Virus record (IMG/VR): IMGVR_UViG_3300013382_000008
Span: 1 to 64,000 of that record
DNA from: a virus
Taxonomy: Duplodnaviria > Caudoviricetes
Length of the DNA: 64,000 bases
Reading direction: 5' to 3' (one strand)
Positions 18,661 through 29,500 of this stretch are shown here, in pieces. The notes beneath the pieces are model-generated. The model was not told the DNA's origin, made no database searches, and worked only from the letters and a program-made list of their open reading frames with translations. The position numbers and the translations under genes were made by a program. Position 1 is the stretch's first letter, and each line of letters begins with the position of its first letter.

Positions 18661-21600
18661 ATGGCTAAGAAAAGTAATACACAGAAAGATATAGATATTA
18701 CAAAGATGGGGCCTATGAGATACAATCAATTACAACAGGCTAACAATGCACAATTTAGTGCAGATGTTAGTCCTGATGTAAAGGATTTTATTACAAGAGG
18801 TAGAGCACATCTGGCTGCACAAACACTTTATAATCCTTATGAACAAGCAGAGCAGAATGTTCAAAGCTCTTTAGCTAATACAACTACTCCATGGGGGCAA
18901 AGCATGTGGGATAATCCTACTGCAACTGAGGCACAGTTTCAAGAGTTAGGGGATATAAGAGCTGAGAATCAACCTTGGTATGCTAAGATAGGGGCAGGTT
19001 TAGCCAAGGGGGCTATACTTGCAGGAACTACTTTCCTTGATGGTACTTTAGGTTTGTTGTTTGGTGCAGGAACTGCAATGAAGGAAGATAGATGGTCAGG
19101 TCTTTGGGATAATGATTTCTCCAAGGCTATGCAATCTGTCAATGATTGGTCAGAACAAGCATTGCCTAATTACTATACAAGAGCAGAACAAGAACAACCT
19201 TGGTATGAGAACATATTTACTGCTAACTTCTTAGGAGATAAGTTTATCAAGAACTTAGGTTTTACAGTAGGTGCTTTCTACAGTGGTGGTGTTACTGCCG
19301 CTGGATTGAAAGCAACTAAATTACCTCAGCTTATTGGGGCAATTGCTAAGTCTTCAAAAGCCCCAGCAATTGTTAATACTGCTGTAGGAGCACTTACTTC
19401 AGCAGTAAATGAAGGTAGAATAGAAGCTCTTAACAATAGTAATGATTGGTTTAATTTACATAAGGCACAATTTGATGATAAATATACTCAGAGAGTACAA
19501 GAAATAAGAAACTTGTATGGGGATTCTCCTGTGGCAGACAGTCTTATTAATCAAGAGACAGAATCTTATAATTCAGCTATAGGAAAACTTAATGAGGATA
19601 GACTCAAGATGGGTAATGCAGACTTACTTATGAATATTCCTATCCTTACTGCATCCAATATAATTCAATTTGGTAAATTATATGCCAATGGTTTTAAGAC
19701 AGCAAGAAGGGCTACCAATATAGTAGGCAGGGCTGGTGAATATACTGCTGGTACTACAAAATTAGGCACTGCTGCTGCTATAACTAGAGGTGCATTATCT
19801 GAGGGTAATGAAGAAATATCACAAAAGGCAGCATCTCTTATAGCAGGTAAATATTATGAGACTGATGTAAATAACTTCTACAAGGCAAAAACTGACCCTA
19901 CAGCATCACAGGAAACCTTGGATTGGACTAAATCATTTGCAGAGGGAATTAATGAGACAGTAAATGACGCAAATAGTTGGGAAGAGTTCTTCATAGGTTC
20001 TTTGACAGGTGCACTGGGTATGCCAAGATTTAGAGGGATTAGAAGTGAGTCAGGCTCTCTGCAATCTCCTATTACTATTGAAGGTGGTGCTATAAATGAG
20101 TGGAGAGATTATAGAAATAAGATGGCAAGAGAAAGTGAGATTGCCAACTATATGAATGAGAGAATCAATTCTCCTGAATTTAAGAATTACTATCAAGGAC
20201 TTATTAGACATAATAAGTATCAAAATGATATGAATGTTGCTGCTGAGGAAGGTAATGAATTTGATTTTAAGAATGCAGAACATGCTCAATTAATATCTGA
20301 TATTTCCATGTTTGACAATGCTGGCAAAATGGAAGACCTTAATACATTGATTAATTCTGCATTTGACACTTCTGATGAAAACCTTGCCTCTATAGTAGAA
20401 AATACTACAACTACTCTTGAAGATGGTTCTAAGGTAGGCCCCTTTGTTGATAAAAACGGTAATCCAATGTATGCTACTCCTGAAGGCAAACAAGAGATGA
20501 TTACTAAGTTACAACAGAATCATGATGAGATAACCAATGCCATCAACAACTATTTAAAGATAAAAGATGAGATTGACACTAAGACAGGTCAGCAATTATC
20601 AGATGACCAGCTTGAGGAATTAACTTGGATGAAATCCCAGATAGGTAACTGGTCTGAGAGGGCTACAGCTATGTCTGGAGAGATAAAGTCAACTATAGGA
20701 AGTGTTATAGGTAATTTAAGCTCTCTTCTTAATTTCAATCAACAGATAAGAGATTATGAAGGTCAAGCACATGCTGATTTGACTGACAGATATAATCAAG
20801 CAGATAAAAATGTAAGAACTATCCAAGGTGCTATAAATACCCTTGACTTAGTAAGAAATCAGAATGATGAAACATTAGCTCATACATTAGCAACTAATCC
20901 TAAGTTTGTAGATGGTCTTATAAAGGAAATCAATGAGGTGGATGATACTGTACTTAATGCAGATGAAAAGGAAGATATTACAACCAAACTAAATGATATT
21001 GTCAAGTTAGGTAATGCCTCAAAGACATATAATGCAAAGCTAAAAGAGTATCTTGAAAATCCTCAAAAGCAAGCAGAAGACCATGCAAAAGCTGATGAAC
21101 AGGCTGTTCAGCAAGAGTCTAAAAGAAAGTCAGATGATTTAAAGACATCTTTAAGCAATGCCCAAAACTTACAAGAGTTTAGAGACATCATAGATACCCA
21201 AGAGGACACAGAAAATAGGGATAAAGTATTAAGTGAACTTGAGGATGATGATAATGAGATGGCTAAGAATTATAGGGAAACTTCACAATATAATAATGAA
21301 GTAAGAAGAGTTCTTAATAACTCAGATGCAGACACCCAAACTAAACAAGATGCTCTTAAGCTCCTTCAAGACCAATTTGATAATTCTGAGAATATAAAAC
21401 AATTGGCTAATCCTAACTCTATATATATTAATAATGAAAATGCCTTTGATGAAGATTCAGAGGAGGATGTAGAATTGTCTGCAACAAGATTCCAAGAAGC
21501 CCAATATGAGCTTCAGAAGGCAATGTCCCAAGTAAACAATGACAATAAATTTAAGGATAGATTTTCTCCTGAATATAAAAAACCTGTAAATAAAAGAGAG

Positions 21601-24600
21601 GGAAAAGTTAGAGGAGATGACAGAACTACTACAGGAGATAGTGGTACATCTACTACACCTCCTGTGACAGATAATGAGAATTTACCTGGAACAGGAGTAA
21701 TTGAAACTTCTGAAACTCCTGTAGGTAATATAACTGCTGAAATGGTCAATGAGGAGAATAAAAAAGCTAATGAAAAGGTAGAAACTCCACAGAGACCAAG
21801 TAAAGGTGCTGTTAGTCAATATTATAGACCTGCTATACCTGAATTACATATAGAGGCAAGTAAAGAAGGAGACTTCAGACCATTTGATGTTGTAGTTAGT
21901 GAGAGGGAAAAGAATGTAGATTTCTCTGGTATTTATGGTTATTTAAGAGACAGTGGTGCCTTTAAATATTTGAATGAGGGTAACTTAAAAGCAGGTGATG
22001 AACTTGGATTTATGATAGACCCTTCATTTAATGACCATACTATTTTCATTATAGATAAGAAGAATAATCAGATAGTAGGCAGTTTGGATGAATCTGATTA
22101 TAGTACATCAAGATATGAAGGTCTGAAGAATCTTGAAGAGAGAATAAGAAAAGAATTTGCTAATAGGACAACTAATAATGTTGAGGAGAAAAAAGATAAA
22201 AATGTAGTAACAACTGAATATATTAGTGCAAGTGGTACTCATAAAGTACAAGCAACACCTGTTCATTTTAGAGATTTAAAGCCCGGAGATAAATTTATTA
22301 ATGAGTCAAAATCATTAGATACATTTATTAAAAGAATTGATGATAAAAATGCTGTCATACAGAATAGTGAAAGTAGTTCAAAGGCTTTAGTCAGTGCTAA
22401 TAAATCAGGAATGAACTATTACAATTGGCTTAAGCAAGACCCTGTAATTTATAAAATTACAGAAGAAAGTAATAGCACTAAAGAAACTACAGATAATAGT
22501 AAAACTAAAAGTAAATTCATAGCATCTCCTACTACTAGAGTATCTAAGTTAATGATAGGTAGGGTTCCTTATGGTAGTACTGAAAGAAGTTTGGCTAATA
22601 TTCCTAATGTATCAAGTGATAATAAGAAGCCTATTTTTGGTATTATAAAGAATGGTGTTCTTACTACTAATGGTAAGATTGATGATAGTCTTATCATCAA
22701 GCCAATGGATATGAGCCAAAAGGAAGGTAGGTTATATTTGCTTATACCTAATGGGGCTGGTAAATATTCTCCTGCTGCTGTAAGAGTTAAGCATTTCAAT
22801 AATGAGGAGTTTAACTTAAAAGATGCTACTGTAAGTTCAACTCCTATTGGAGAAGACATAAAGAATGCCATTACTAAGTTATCAACTGCTATATCACAGG
22901 ATGATGTGTCTGCTGCTATGCAGGACTTGGCACAAGACTTATATATGCAGGATATTATGATTACTTGGTTCAGTGGTAAGGCAGGTGATGGTATTGTTAT
23001 AAGTAAGAAAGTAAGAAAACCAGATGGTACTTATGAAAAAGTAATCATTGAAGGTAAGGAACAAATCAAGGAGGATAAGTATGATGTATATTTCTCTACA
23101 AGTAGCAAGAGTACAAAGATTGGAGGTATAAACTTTGATGCAACTGCTCTTGAAGACTTGGGAGATACAAGTGCATTAGGGGTTCCAAAGAGCCCTGATG
23201 ATATATATAATGAAATACTTGGACACCTTATTAAGTTCAATCTTCCTCTACAAGTTAGTGCAAGGAGAATAAATGAAGGTGTATATAACAATAGATTGAT
23301 AAACTCCAATATTCTTACTTCAAATATTGTAGATGCTTCAGTAAGAGGTACTTGGTTTACAACTGATTATTTTGACAATGATGGTAATCTTCATCAAGCT
23401 ATAAGCCCAGCTTCTGTAGCACCTCAACCTAAGAGGAAAATTGAAACTCCTGTAGGTGGTACTGAGGGTGCTATTGCAGGTACAAGAATAGTATCTATAT
23501 TCTCAAACAAGCCATACTATGTGGACTTAAAGACAAATACTATTAAGGATGACCAAGGTAAATCTGTGACTATTACCAATACTAATAAGATTTTATTAGA
23601 TTTAGCTTGGGCACAAGATAACTTTGGTGATGCTACAACATCCTCAATGATGGTAGATAACAAAGTCCTTACTCCTGATGGTAAGGTACTTGACAGAAGT
23701 AAACAAAAGTATCTTAGTGGTCAAGAGGCTCAAGATATAAAGGATACTATTGCAGGTAGGAAGGAAGAAAGAGAAGATAGAGTTGCCGAGTCTAAGGAGG
23801 TTATCAATGAAATATATGAGAACCAAAAGAGAGTAGATAAGACAAGAACTGATGGGGAGTTTTACTATATACTTGAAGATGATGGGGAGTATCACCAATA
23901 TAGCAGAGTACATAGTAGGTTAGGTTCTAATTGGATAGAATCTAAGAAAGAAACAAAGGCTCTTGAATTAGCAAGACTTAATCTTAGTAAGTTTGTAGAT
24001 AATCCTACTCAATATGAGAACTATCTGAAATACTTGGAAAGAAAATTCAAGGTAGACTTGACTGCCTACAGGGGGAAAACTGATGTCAAGAGTAGAGATA
24101 CTATTGTGAATATAGTAAGAGACAAGATGTCTGGTACTAACTCACAAAGGGCACTTGATGCTGGCTCTGCTGTAGATAGTATTATTAGACAATATTTTAC
24201 TATAAGAGATGTCTCTAAGATAACAAAACCTTCAAATATGTCAGAAAATGCTTTTATAGATTTGATTACAACTCTTAATAAAATTAAGTCAAATATAGAG
24301 CAAATGGGAGAAAGATTCCTTGCTGACAATATAGTATTGTTCCAGAAGTATCCTGATGGCACAAGGGTTGCAGGCGAGGTTGACATTCTCTCTGTTGACA
24401 AGGAGGGTAACTTTAGAATCTATGATGTAAAGACAAGTAGATACAGCTTCTATGACTTTACAGATAGATATGGTCATAAGGTTAATTACTTTAATAGTGC
24501 TTCTCCTACTCAAAGAATGAGTGCTAAAAGTTATTATACTTTACAACTTTCTGCTTATAAGAATCTATTTGAGTCTCAATATGGTGTGCCAGTTACTAAG

Positions 24601-26403
24601 TTAGCTGTAATGCCATTTGTATTGAGTTATGATAAGGAGAATGTATCATCAGTACAAAGTGAAAAGGGTATTCCTATTGTGTATAATCCTGCTGTCAATG
24701 TACCTTTGGTAAGTAATGTCAAAGTAGATAAATCTACAGAAACTCCTGCTACTCCAGCACAAGCTCAAACAGTGCTACCTATTTTTGAAACTTCATTGGA
24801 GACACAGAATCCTATTGAAGATTTAACCCCTGAGCACAGTATGAATAATGTTGATGAAGAAGTAGGATACTTTGAACTGGATGGTAAGTTACATAAAGGA
24901 TATTTAACACCCATTGCAGGTATTACAGAAGTAGATGTCTATATGACTAAGGTTCCTAATATTACAAAGGGATTTGGTAGACAGGGAGAAGAAGCTCATG
25001 TAGCTTCAAATAGTTACTATGTAGTATTTCCTAATGGTAAAACATTCTTACTTGTAAAGAACAATCCTGTGCAAAGAGGTATGAATGAAACTCAAGTGGA
25101 GAATACCATTAGAAAGGCTTTATTAGGTAATCCTCAAAGAATGAGAGATTTTGCATCAGAAAAAACTATATTGTTTGACCCTGATGCAGTACCTACTGTA
25201 AGTGCTACTCCTATCACTACTGTAGAAACTCCTGCAACTATTAATCAAGGTAATACCCAAACAGGTGCTGCCTATACTACTCAAAAAGAACAGGCAATTA
25301 ATGACCATGATGAAGAGTTTGAAAATGAGTTAATTCTAAGAAGAGTTGATACCTCCAATACTACAGTATGGAACCAAGAGAAAGAACTTAAATGGTTAAA
25401 TAAAGTATTGCCTCAATTAAGTGAGAATGATAGAGTACAAGTAGTAAAAGGCCTTATTAAAGTAGGCAGACAAGGTGCTTTAGCTTGGGGCAAGTTTGAT
25501 AAAGGTATAATTACATTATCTAACATAGCTGCTGAAGGTACTGCATATCATGAAGCTTTCCATGCTGTATTTAATCTTCTTCTTGACAATAATGAGAGAC
25601 AAGCATTATATGATGAGGCAAGGAAGTTATATGGTGAAAAAGACAATCTTTCTCTTGAGGAAGATATGGCAGAAGGATTCAGAGAGTATGTAATGACAAG
25701 ACAGAATAGAGGCTTAGGTAAGAGAATACTTGATTTCTTCAAGGAACTCTTTACCAAGGTTACTAACTGGTCTAACTTTAGACCCTCTCTTATAAGTTAT
25801 TATCAGAGAATTAATGCTGGTAATTATGCTAAAACTCCTGTATATTTGAGCACTGAAGGTCAATTAAAAGGAAAAAGGTTATGGCACACTTCTAATGAGA
25901 TAATATACAGATTTAATAAGGAAATGCCAGAAGGGTATTTTGCTCAACATGGGGGTTCATCAAAGGCTATATTCTTTGCAGATAGAGCACCTGAGTCTCA
26001 ATCTTTCTTATCTCAAAGGAAGTACAAGAATCAATATGACGTGATAATTAATAACCCTTATGTAGTAGAGAATTTGACTGCTGGTAAATATAATCAAGAT
26101 AGTAAGCATAATTCTATGCAAGAAGCTATCCAATATGCTATAGATAATGGATATGACTCAGTTATATTCAAGGACCTTTATGACAATATGATGTATGGAG
26201 ATATATATGTTATATTTGACCCAAATCAAGTAAACTATATAGTTGGTCAAGATAATATTGGGGTAGACTATGGTCCTAATAAATTCAAAGATTTGCCAAA
26301 GGAGCAATGGAAAGTCCTTGTAAAAAAAGGTTGGACTGAAGAACAATGGAACAGAATCTCTCAAGAAGAGAGAAACCAAGCTGTTAAGTGTATAGCCTTT
26401 TAA
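18661..26403 (+). CDS. Giant virion-ejected polyvalent protein (membrane segment, PD-(D/E)xK nuclease, zincin metallopeptidase, ART-like domain)
   Basis: 2580 aa. AGEVDIL...IYDVKTS...YTLQLSAY; HEAFH...EEDMAEGF; WHTS...IFFA...NNPY...GYDSVI...YVIFDPNQV. Confidence 0.8.
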   Translation: MAKKSNTQKDIDITKMGPMRYNQLQQANNAQFSADVSPDVKDFITRGRAHLAAQTLYNPYEQAEQNVQSSLANTTTPWGQSMWDNPTATEAQFQELGDIRAENQPWYAKIGAGLAKGAILAGTTFLDGTLGLLFGAGTAMKEDRWSGLWDNDFSKAMQSVNDWSEQALPNYYTRAEQEQPWYENIFTANFLGDKFIKNLGFTVGAFYSGGVTAAGLKATKLPQLIGAIAKSSKAPAIVNTAVGALTSAVNEGRIEALNNSNDWFNLHKAQFDDKYTQRVQEIRNLYGDSPVADSLINQETESYNSAIGKLNEDRLKMGNADLLMNIPILTASNIIQFGKLYANGFKTARRATNIVGRAGEYTAGTTKLGTAAAITRGALSEGNEEISQKAASLIAGKYYETDVNNFYKAKTDPTASQETLDWTKSFAEGINETVNDANSWEEFFIGSLTGALGMPRFRGIRSESGSLQSPITIEGGAINEWRDYRNKMARESEIANYMNERINSPEFKNYYQGLIRHNKYQNDMNVAAEEGNEFDFKNAEHAQLISDISMFDNAGKMEDLNTLINSAFDTSDENLASIVENTTTTLEDGSKVGPFVDKNGNPMYATPEGKQEMITKLQQNHDEITNAINNYLKIKDEIDTKTGQQLSDDQLEELTWMKSQIGNWSERATAMSGEIKSTIGSVIGNLSSLLNFNQQIRDYEGQAHADLTDRYNQADKNVRTIQGAINTLDLVRNQNDETLAHTLATNPKFVDGLIKEINEVDDTVLNADEKEDITTKLNDIVKLGNASKTYNAKLKEYLENPQKQAEDHAKADEQAVQQESKRKSDDLKTSLSNAQNLQEFRDIIDTQEDTENRDKVLSELEDDDNEMAKNYRETSQYNNEVRRVLNNSDADTQTKQDALKLLQDQFDNSENIKQLANPNSIYINNENAFDEDSEEDVELSATRFQEAQYELQKAMSQVNNDNKFKDRFSPEYKKPVNKREGKVRGDDRTTTGDSGTSTTPPVTDNENLPGTGVIETSETPVGNITAEMVNEENKKANEKVETPQRPSKGAVSQYYRPAIPELHIEASKEGDFRPFDVVVSEREKNVDFSGIYGYLRDSGAFKYLNEGNLKAGDELGFMIDPSFNDHTIFIIDKKNNQIVGSLDESDYSTSRYEGLKNLEERIRKEFANRTTNNVEEKKDKNVVTTEYISASGTHKVQATPVHFRDLKPGDKFINESKSLDTFIKRIDDKNAVIQNSESSSKALVSANKSGMNYYNWLKQDPVIYKITEESNSTKETTDNSKTKSKFIASPTTRVSKLMIGRVPYGSTERSLANIPNVSSDNKKPIFGIIKNGVLTTNGKIDDSLIIKPMDMSQKEGRLYLLIPNGAGKYSPAAVRVKHFNNEEFNLKDATVSSTPIGEDIKNAITKLSTAISQDDVSAAMQDLAQDLYMQDIMITWFSGKAGDGIVISKKVRKPDGTYEKVIIEGKEQIKEDKYDVYFSTSSKSTKIGGINFDATALEDLGDTSALGVPKSPDDIYNEILGHLIKFNLPLQVSARRINEGVYNNRLINSNILTSNIVDASVRGTWFTTDYFDNDGNLHQAISPASVAPQPKRKIETPVGGTEGAIAGTRIVSIFSNKPYYVDLKTNTIKDDQGKSVTITNTNKILLDLAWAQDNFGDATTSSMMVDNKVLTPDGKVLDRSKQKYLSGQEAQDIKDTIAGRKEEREDRVAESKEVINEIYENQKRVDKTRTDGEFYYILEDDGEYHQYSRVHSRLGSNWIESKKETKALELARLNLSKFVDNPTQYENYLKYLERKFKVDLTAYRGKTDVKSRDTIVNIVRDKMSGTNSQRALDAGSAVDSIIRQYFTIRDVSKITKPSNMSENAFIDLITTLNKIKSNIEQMGERFLADNIVLFQKYPDGTRVAGEVDILSVDKEGNFRIYDVKTSRYSFYDFTDRYGHKVNYFNSASPTQRMSAKSYYTLQLSAYKNLFESQYGVPVTKLAVMPFVLSYDKENVSSVQSEKGIPIVYNPAVNVPLVSNVKVDKSTETPATPAQAQTVLPIFETSLETQNPIEDLTPEHSMNNVDEEVGYFELDGKLHKGYLTPIAGITEVDVYMTKVPNITKGFGRQGEEAHVASNSYYVVFPNGKTFLLVKNNPVQRGMNETQVENTIRKALLGNPQRMRDFASEKTILFDPDAVPTVSATPITTVETPATINQGNTQTGAAYTTQKEQAINDHDEEFENELILRRVDTSNTTVWNQEKELKWLNKVLPQLSENDRVQVVKGLIKVGRQGALAWGKFDKGIITLSNIAAEGTAYHEAFHAVFNLLLDNNERQALYDEARKLYGEKDNLSLEEDMAEGFREYVMTRQNRGLGKRILDFFKELFTKVTNWSNFRPSLISYYQRINAGNYAKTPVYLSTEGQLKGKRLWHTSNEIIYRFNKEMPEGYFAQHGGSSKAIFFADRAPESQSFLSQRKYKNQYDVIINNPYVVENLTAGKYNQDSKHNSMQEAIQYAIDNGYDSVIFKDLYDNMMYGDIYVIFDPNQVNYIVGQDNIGVDYGPNKFKDLPKEQWKVLVKKGWTEEQWNRISQEERNQAVKCIAF

Positions 26404-26427
26404 TTAGTAGGATGAAATTTTTTATTG

Positions 26428-26462
26428 AGGGGAGTAACAGAATGTTACTTCCCTTTTATTTT
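26428..26462 (+). terminator. Intrinsic terminator ending the + arm
   Basis: GGGGAGTAACA-gaa-TGTTACTTCCC then TTTTATTTT. Confidence 0.8.
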
Positions 26463-26495
26463 ATACTAACAATAGTATAAAGCAAATTAAAAATT

Positions 26496-26541
26496 AAAAA
26501 AAATAAGGGGAGGAGTAGAACTTAATCTACTCACTCCCCTT
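26496..26541 (-). terminator. Intrinsic terminator ending the - arm
   Basis: AAGGGGAGGAGTAGA ... TCTACTCACTCCCCTT stem with an A-run on its left (U-run on the - strand). Confidence 0.75.
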
Positions 26542-26579
26542 TTACATTATTAACATTAACATTATTGTCTTTATTATCT

Positions 26580-29500
26580 TTACTGCTTAAAGAATGGTAT
26601 ACTTTCTTCTGGATGTAAACTTCTATATATAGTCTTATTCATAGGAATTAATGGAGACTCAAACCATAACTTAGTAGCTTTTGAATCCCCTTTGAATCTA
26701 CCTGATTGTATAATAGCATCCTCACCTGCAAATGTCTCATAATTCATAGGATTCATCACTCCTACCATATCCAATACACTCTCTAAAGTATTGATACCAG
26801 CAGCAGGAGATTTCAATATTTTAAGAGCTTCTCCTACCATTTGAGGGCCAGGGACTTGAGTACCTATTTCAGTATAAAGTCTTCTTGCTTGATACTCAAC
26901 CATCTTTTGTAACCAAGGTCTATTCTTATTATCATCCCAATCCATAAGGCCAAGGAATGCTGCTACAATTAGAAAATGTCCTACCTCAGTGGCAGCTCTC
27001 TTAATATTTGCTTTTTCAGTCTTAGTAAGATTATTCCAATTGGCAGCTATTGCAAATTGTCCTTCCTTTAACTCTTTTGCTAACTGCATCATGAATCTTC
27101 CTGTAGTAAGATAATATCCTTCAGTCCAAGCTTGTAAATCCATATTATAGGAAGCTGATTTAAATCTTCTATTTATAGAAGGTTTAATCCACTTTCTAAA
27201 CATAATGCCCATTCTGCCTATAGCTAATCTTTGTATTGCACTTCTATCAATCTTATTATAAATACCATGCATTCTCTGATTTATAGCAGCAGATTTTCTA
27301 CTAAATGCTATAATATCATCTCTTGTAAAAGCTGAGTCATCTTCCTTGGTATAACCCTTTTTTAATTGTAACTTAGCTCCCAGTTTCTTATTATTTTTGT
27401 CAATGGGAACTACTTCCATGGCATCCCATAAAGATACTATCTTTCCATCAGGAGCTTTCATCTTATAAGCATCTGCAAGGGCTAATGAGGTTCTATTCTG
27501 CATCCAGTGCTCACCAGCATTGTTCATAAGGAATAATGCAGAAGTACCAAACATTCTACTAAACCAAGTCTTTCTATCAAAATTTACTTCTCTTACATCA
27601 GTCTCATACTCTTGCAATACATTGAATAATTCATCCCATAAAGCAAGTTTGTTTGTTTTTACCCTATTACCTATCTCAGCTAAATAAGCAGGTAAAGCTT
27701 TTCCATAATTTCTATCAGCATGCAATGTGTTGGATTCATTATAAAATTCCCCTGCAAAGGATTCAATTCTCATCATTACCTTACCTGTGGCTACATTGGA
27801 TATACCACTTAATAAATTAAGTCCTAACATATTAAGTGATGTTATTCTATTGACAAAATTAGCTGCTTTACCTCTATCAATCTTAGTATTGCCAAAAGTA
27901 CCTTCATCTGCCATATATTTACCATATACTTGCATTTCAAAGAAAGTATTTAGTCTCTGCATAAATCTTGTAGCATCTCCAGATTTAGTAAGAGTAGATT
28001 CAACTTTTCTACCCACAGACTTAAACTTCTCAACCAATGGCTTACCACCTCTTGTCTGTATAATCTCCCTCTCCCTTAGCATATCCCTACCAAGCTCAAG
28101 GACATCAATTACTTTATTCATTTCATTGAAGTCATTAGCCATAGCTGCATAAGCTGTAAGAGTAGATACTATATCAGTAGATAAGTCATTAGGATTTTCA
28201 CCTTTCTTCATTTTAGTATAATAAATAGGTAATACTTGAACTTCATTACCCTCAAAGTCCTTCATAGTAGCCCTATCACCAAAGTCAGTATCATCTGTCC
28301 TTCTAATAAATTGGTCTTTAACAGCTTCCCATAATTGCATAGTACCTGACTTTACACTATCAGAAGATTTAACTCTTTCAAGTAAGTCTTTTCTAATCTT
28401 AACTGCATTGGTTAAGGTAGTATATTTGTCAGGAAGGTAGGAATCAAGTCTGCTCTTTATATCCATAATCTTATTATAGTATTCTTTCTGAGCAGTATTT
28501 AAATTTTGGTAAGCTTTATTACCATAGATTGACATCTTAGGTTGCTTTTTACCATTGATTACCTCCATGTTATCATCAAACCATGCCTGCTTTTCCTTTC
28601 TATATTTATCAGCATTGTCTCCTACAGGATTTTTACCATATTTCTCATTAAGGGACTTAAACATTTCTCTAATTTTATCCTTGAATAAGCCTTGGTTAAT
28701 CTCAGATATATAGTTGCCTGTTAAATTACCTTTATTATCTTTTTCAAACATCCAATCAGTATTCTTTATACCAGCTTGCTCAAGTTTAATAGTAGCTGCT
28801 TGGAGTTCTTTCATAACATTGATAGTATCTAATCTTGCATTTTCCTTACTCTTCTTGACAGCTTGGTCCATAACTTTCAACATATAATCAGAAGAATCTG
28901 CCATAGAATCTAACCACATGTCAAAGAATGATATATCATTATCAGCTACCTTAACCAAGTTTTCAGCAGTCATAGTTTTACCTTTGAATTTACCAAAAGG
29001 GACAGTAATACTATTTCCTATAAAGGGTTTGATGAAGTCAACAAATAATGGCATAGATACTTTATTGTATTCTATAAATAAGTCTTTAAGTAATGTAGTA
29101 GTATTATCTAATACTACTCTTACTCTTTGTCCATATCTATTATCATCATATTTTTCTTCATCTACAAGAGCCTCTCTAATATCTTCAGTGATATGCTTAT
29201 AACTATATAAATAATTTCTCACATCTCTTAATACTCTAGCCCTTTCATTCATATCAGCAGCAGGGGTATTTTGTAAAGCGGTAAGTCTTTTATCTACTTT
29301 AGTTAACTCATTTAGAGCATTTTCTGTAAAGGCATATATACCTTCAATCTCATTATTATCAGCTAAATCAACATCTAATTTATCAAGAAATAACCTTTGA
29401 TTCATACTAAACTGTCCTTCAGGGTTTCTCTTTTCATAAATTTTCAATCTCTTTAACTCATTATCAATAATTTCTTGAAGTAACTTCTTATCTCTTGTTA

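Noticed and set aside
7316-28520. Shared aromatic-x-x-L-S/T-x-x-E/D-R/K motif in several cargo proteins (WNNLSMKDR, YEDLSEAEK, WNRISQEER, WNNLTKTEK) as a packaging signal
   Set aside because: This is a very common helix N-cap pattern and cannot be distinguished from chance without alignments.
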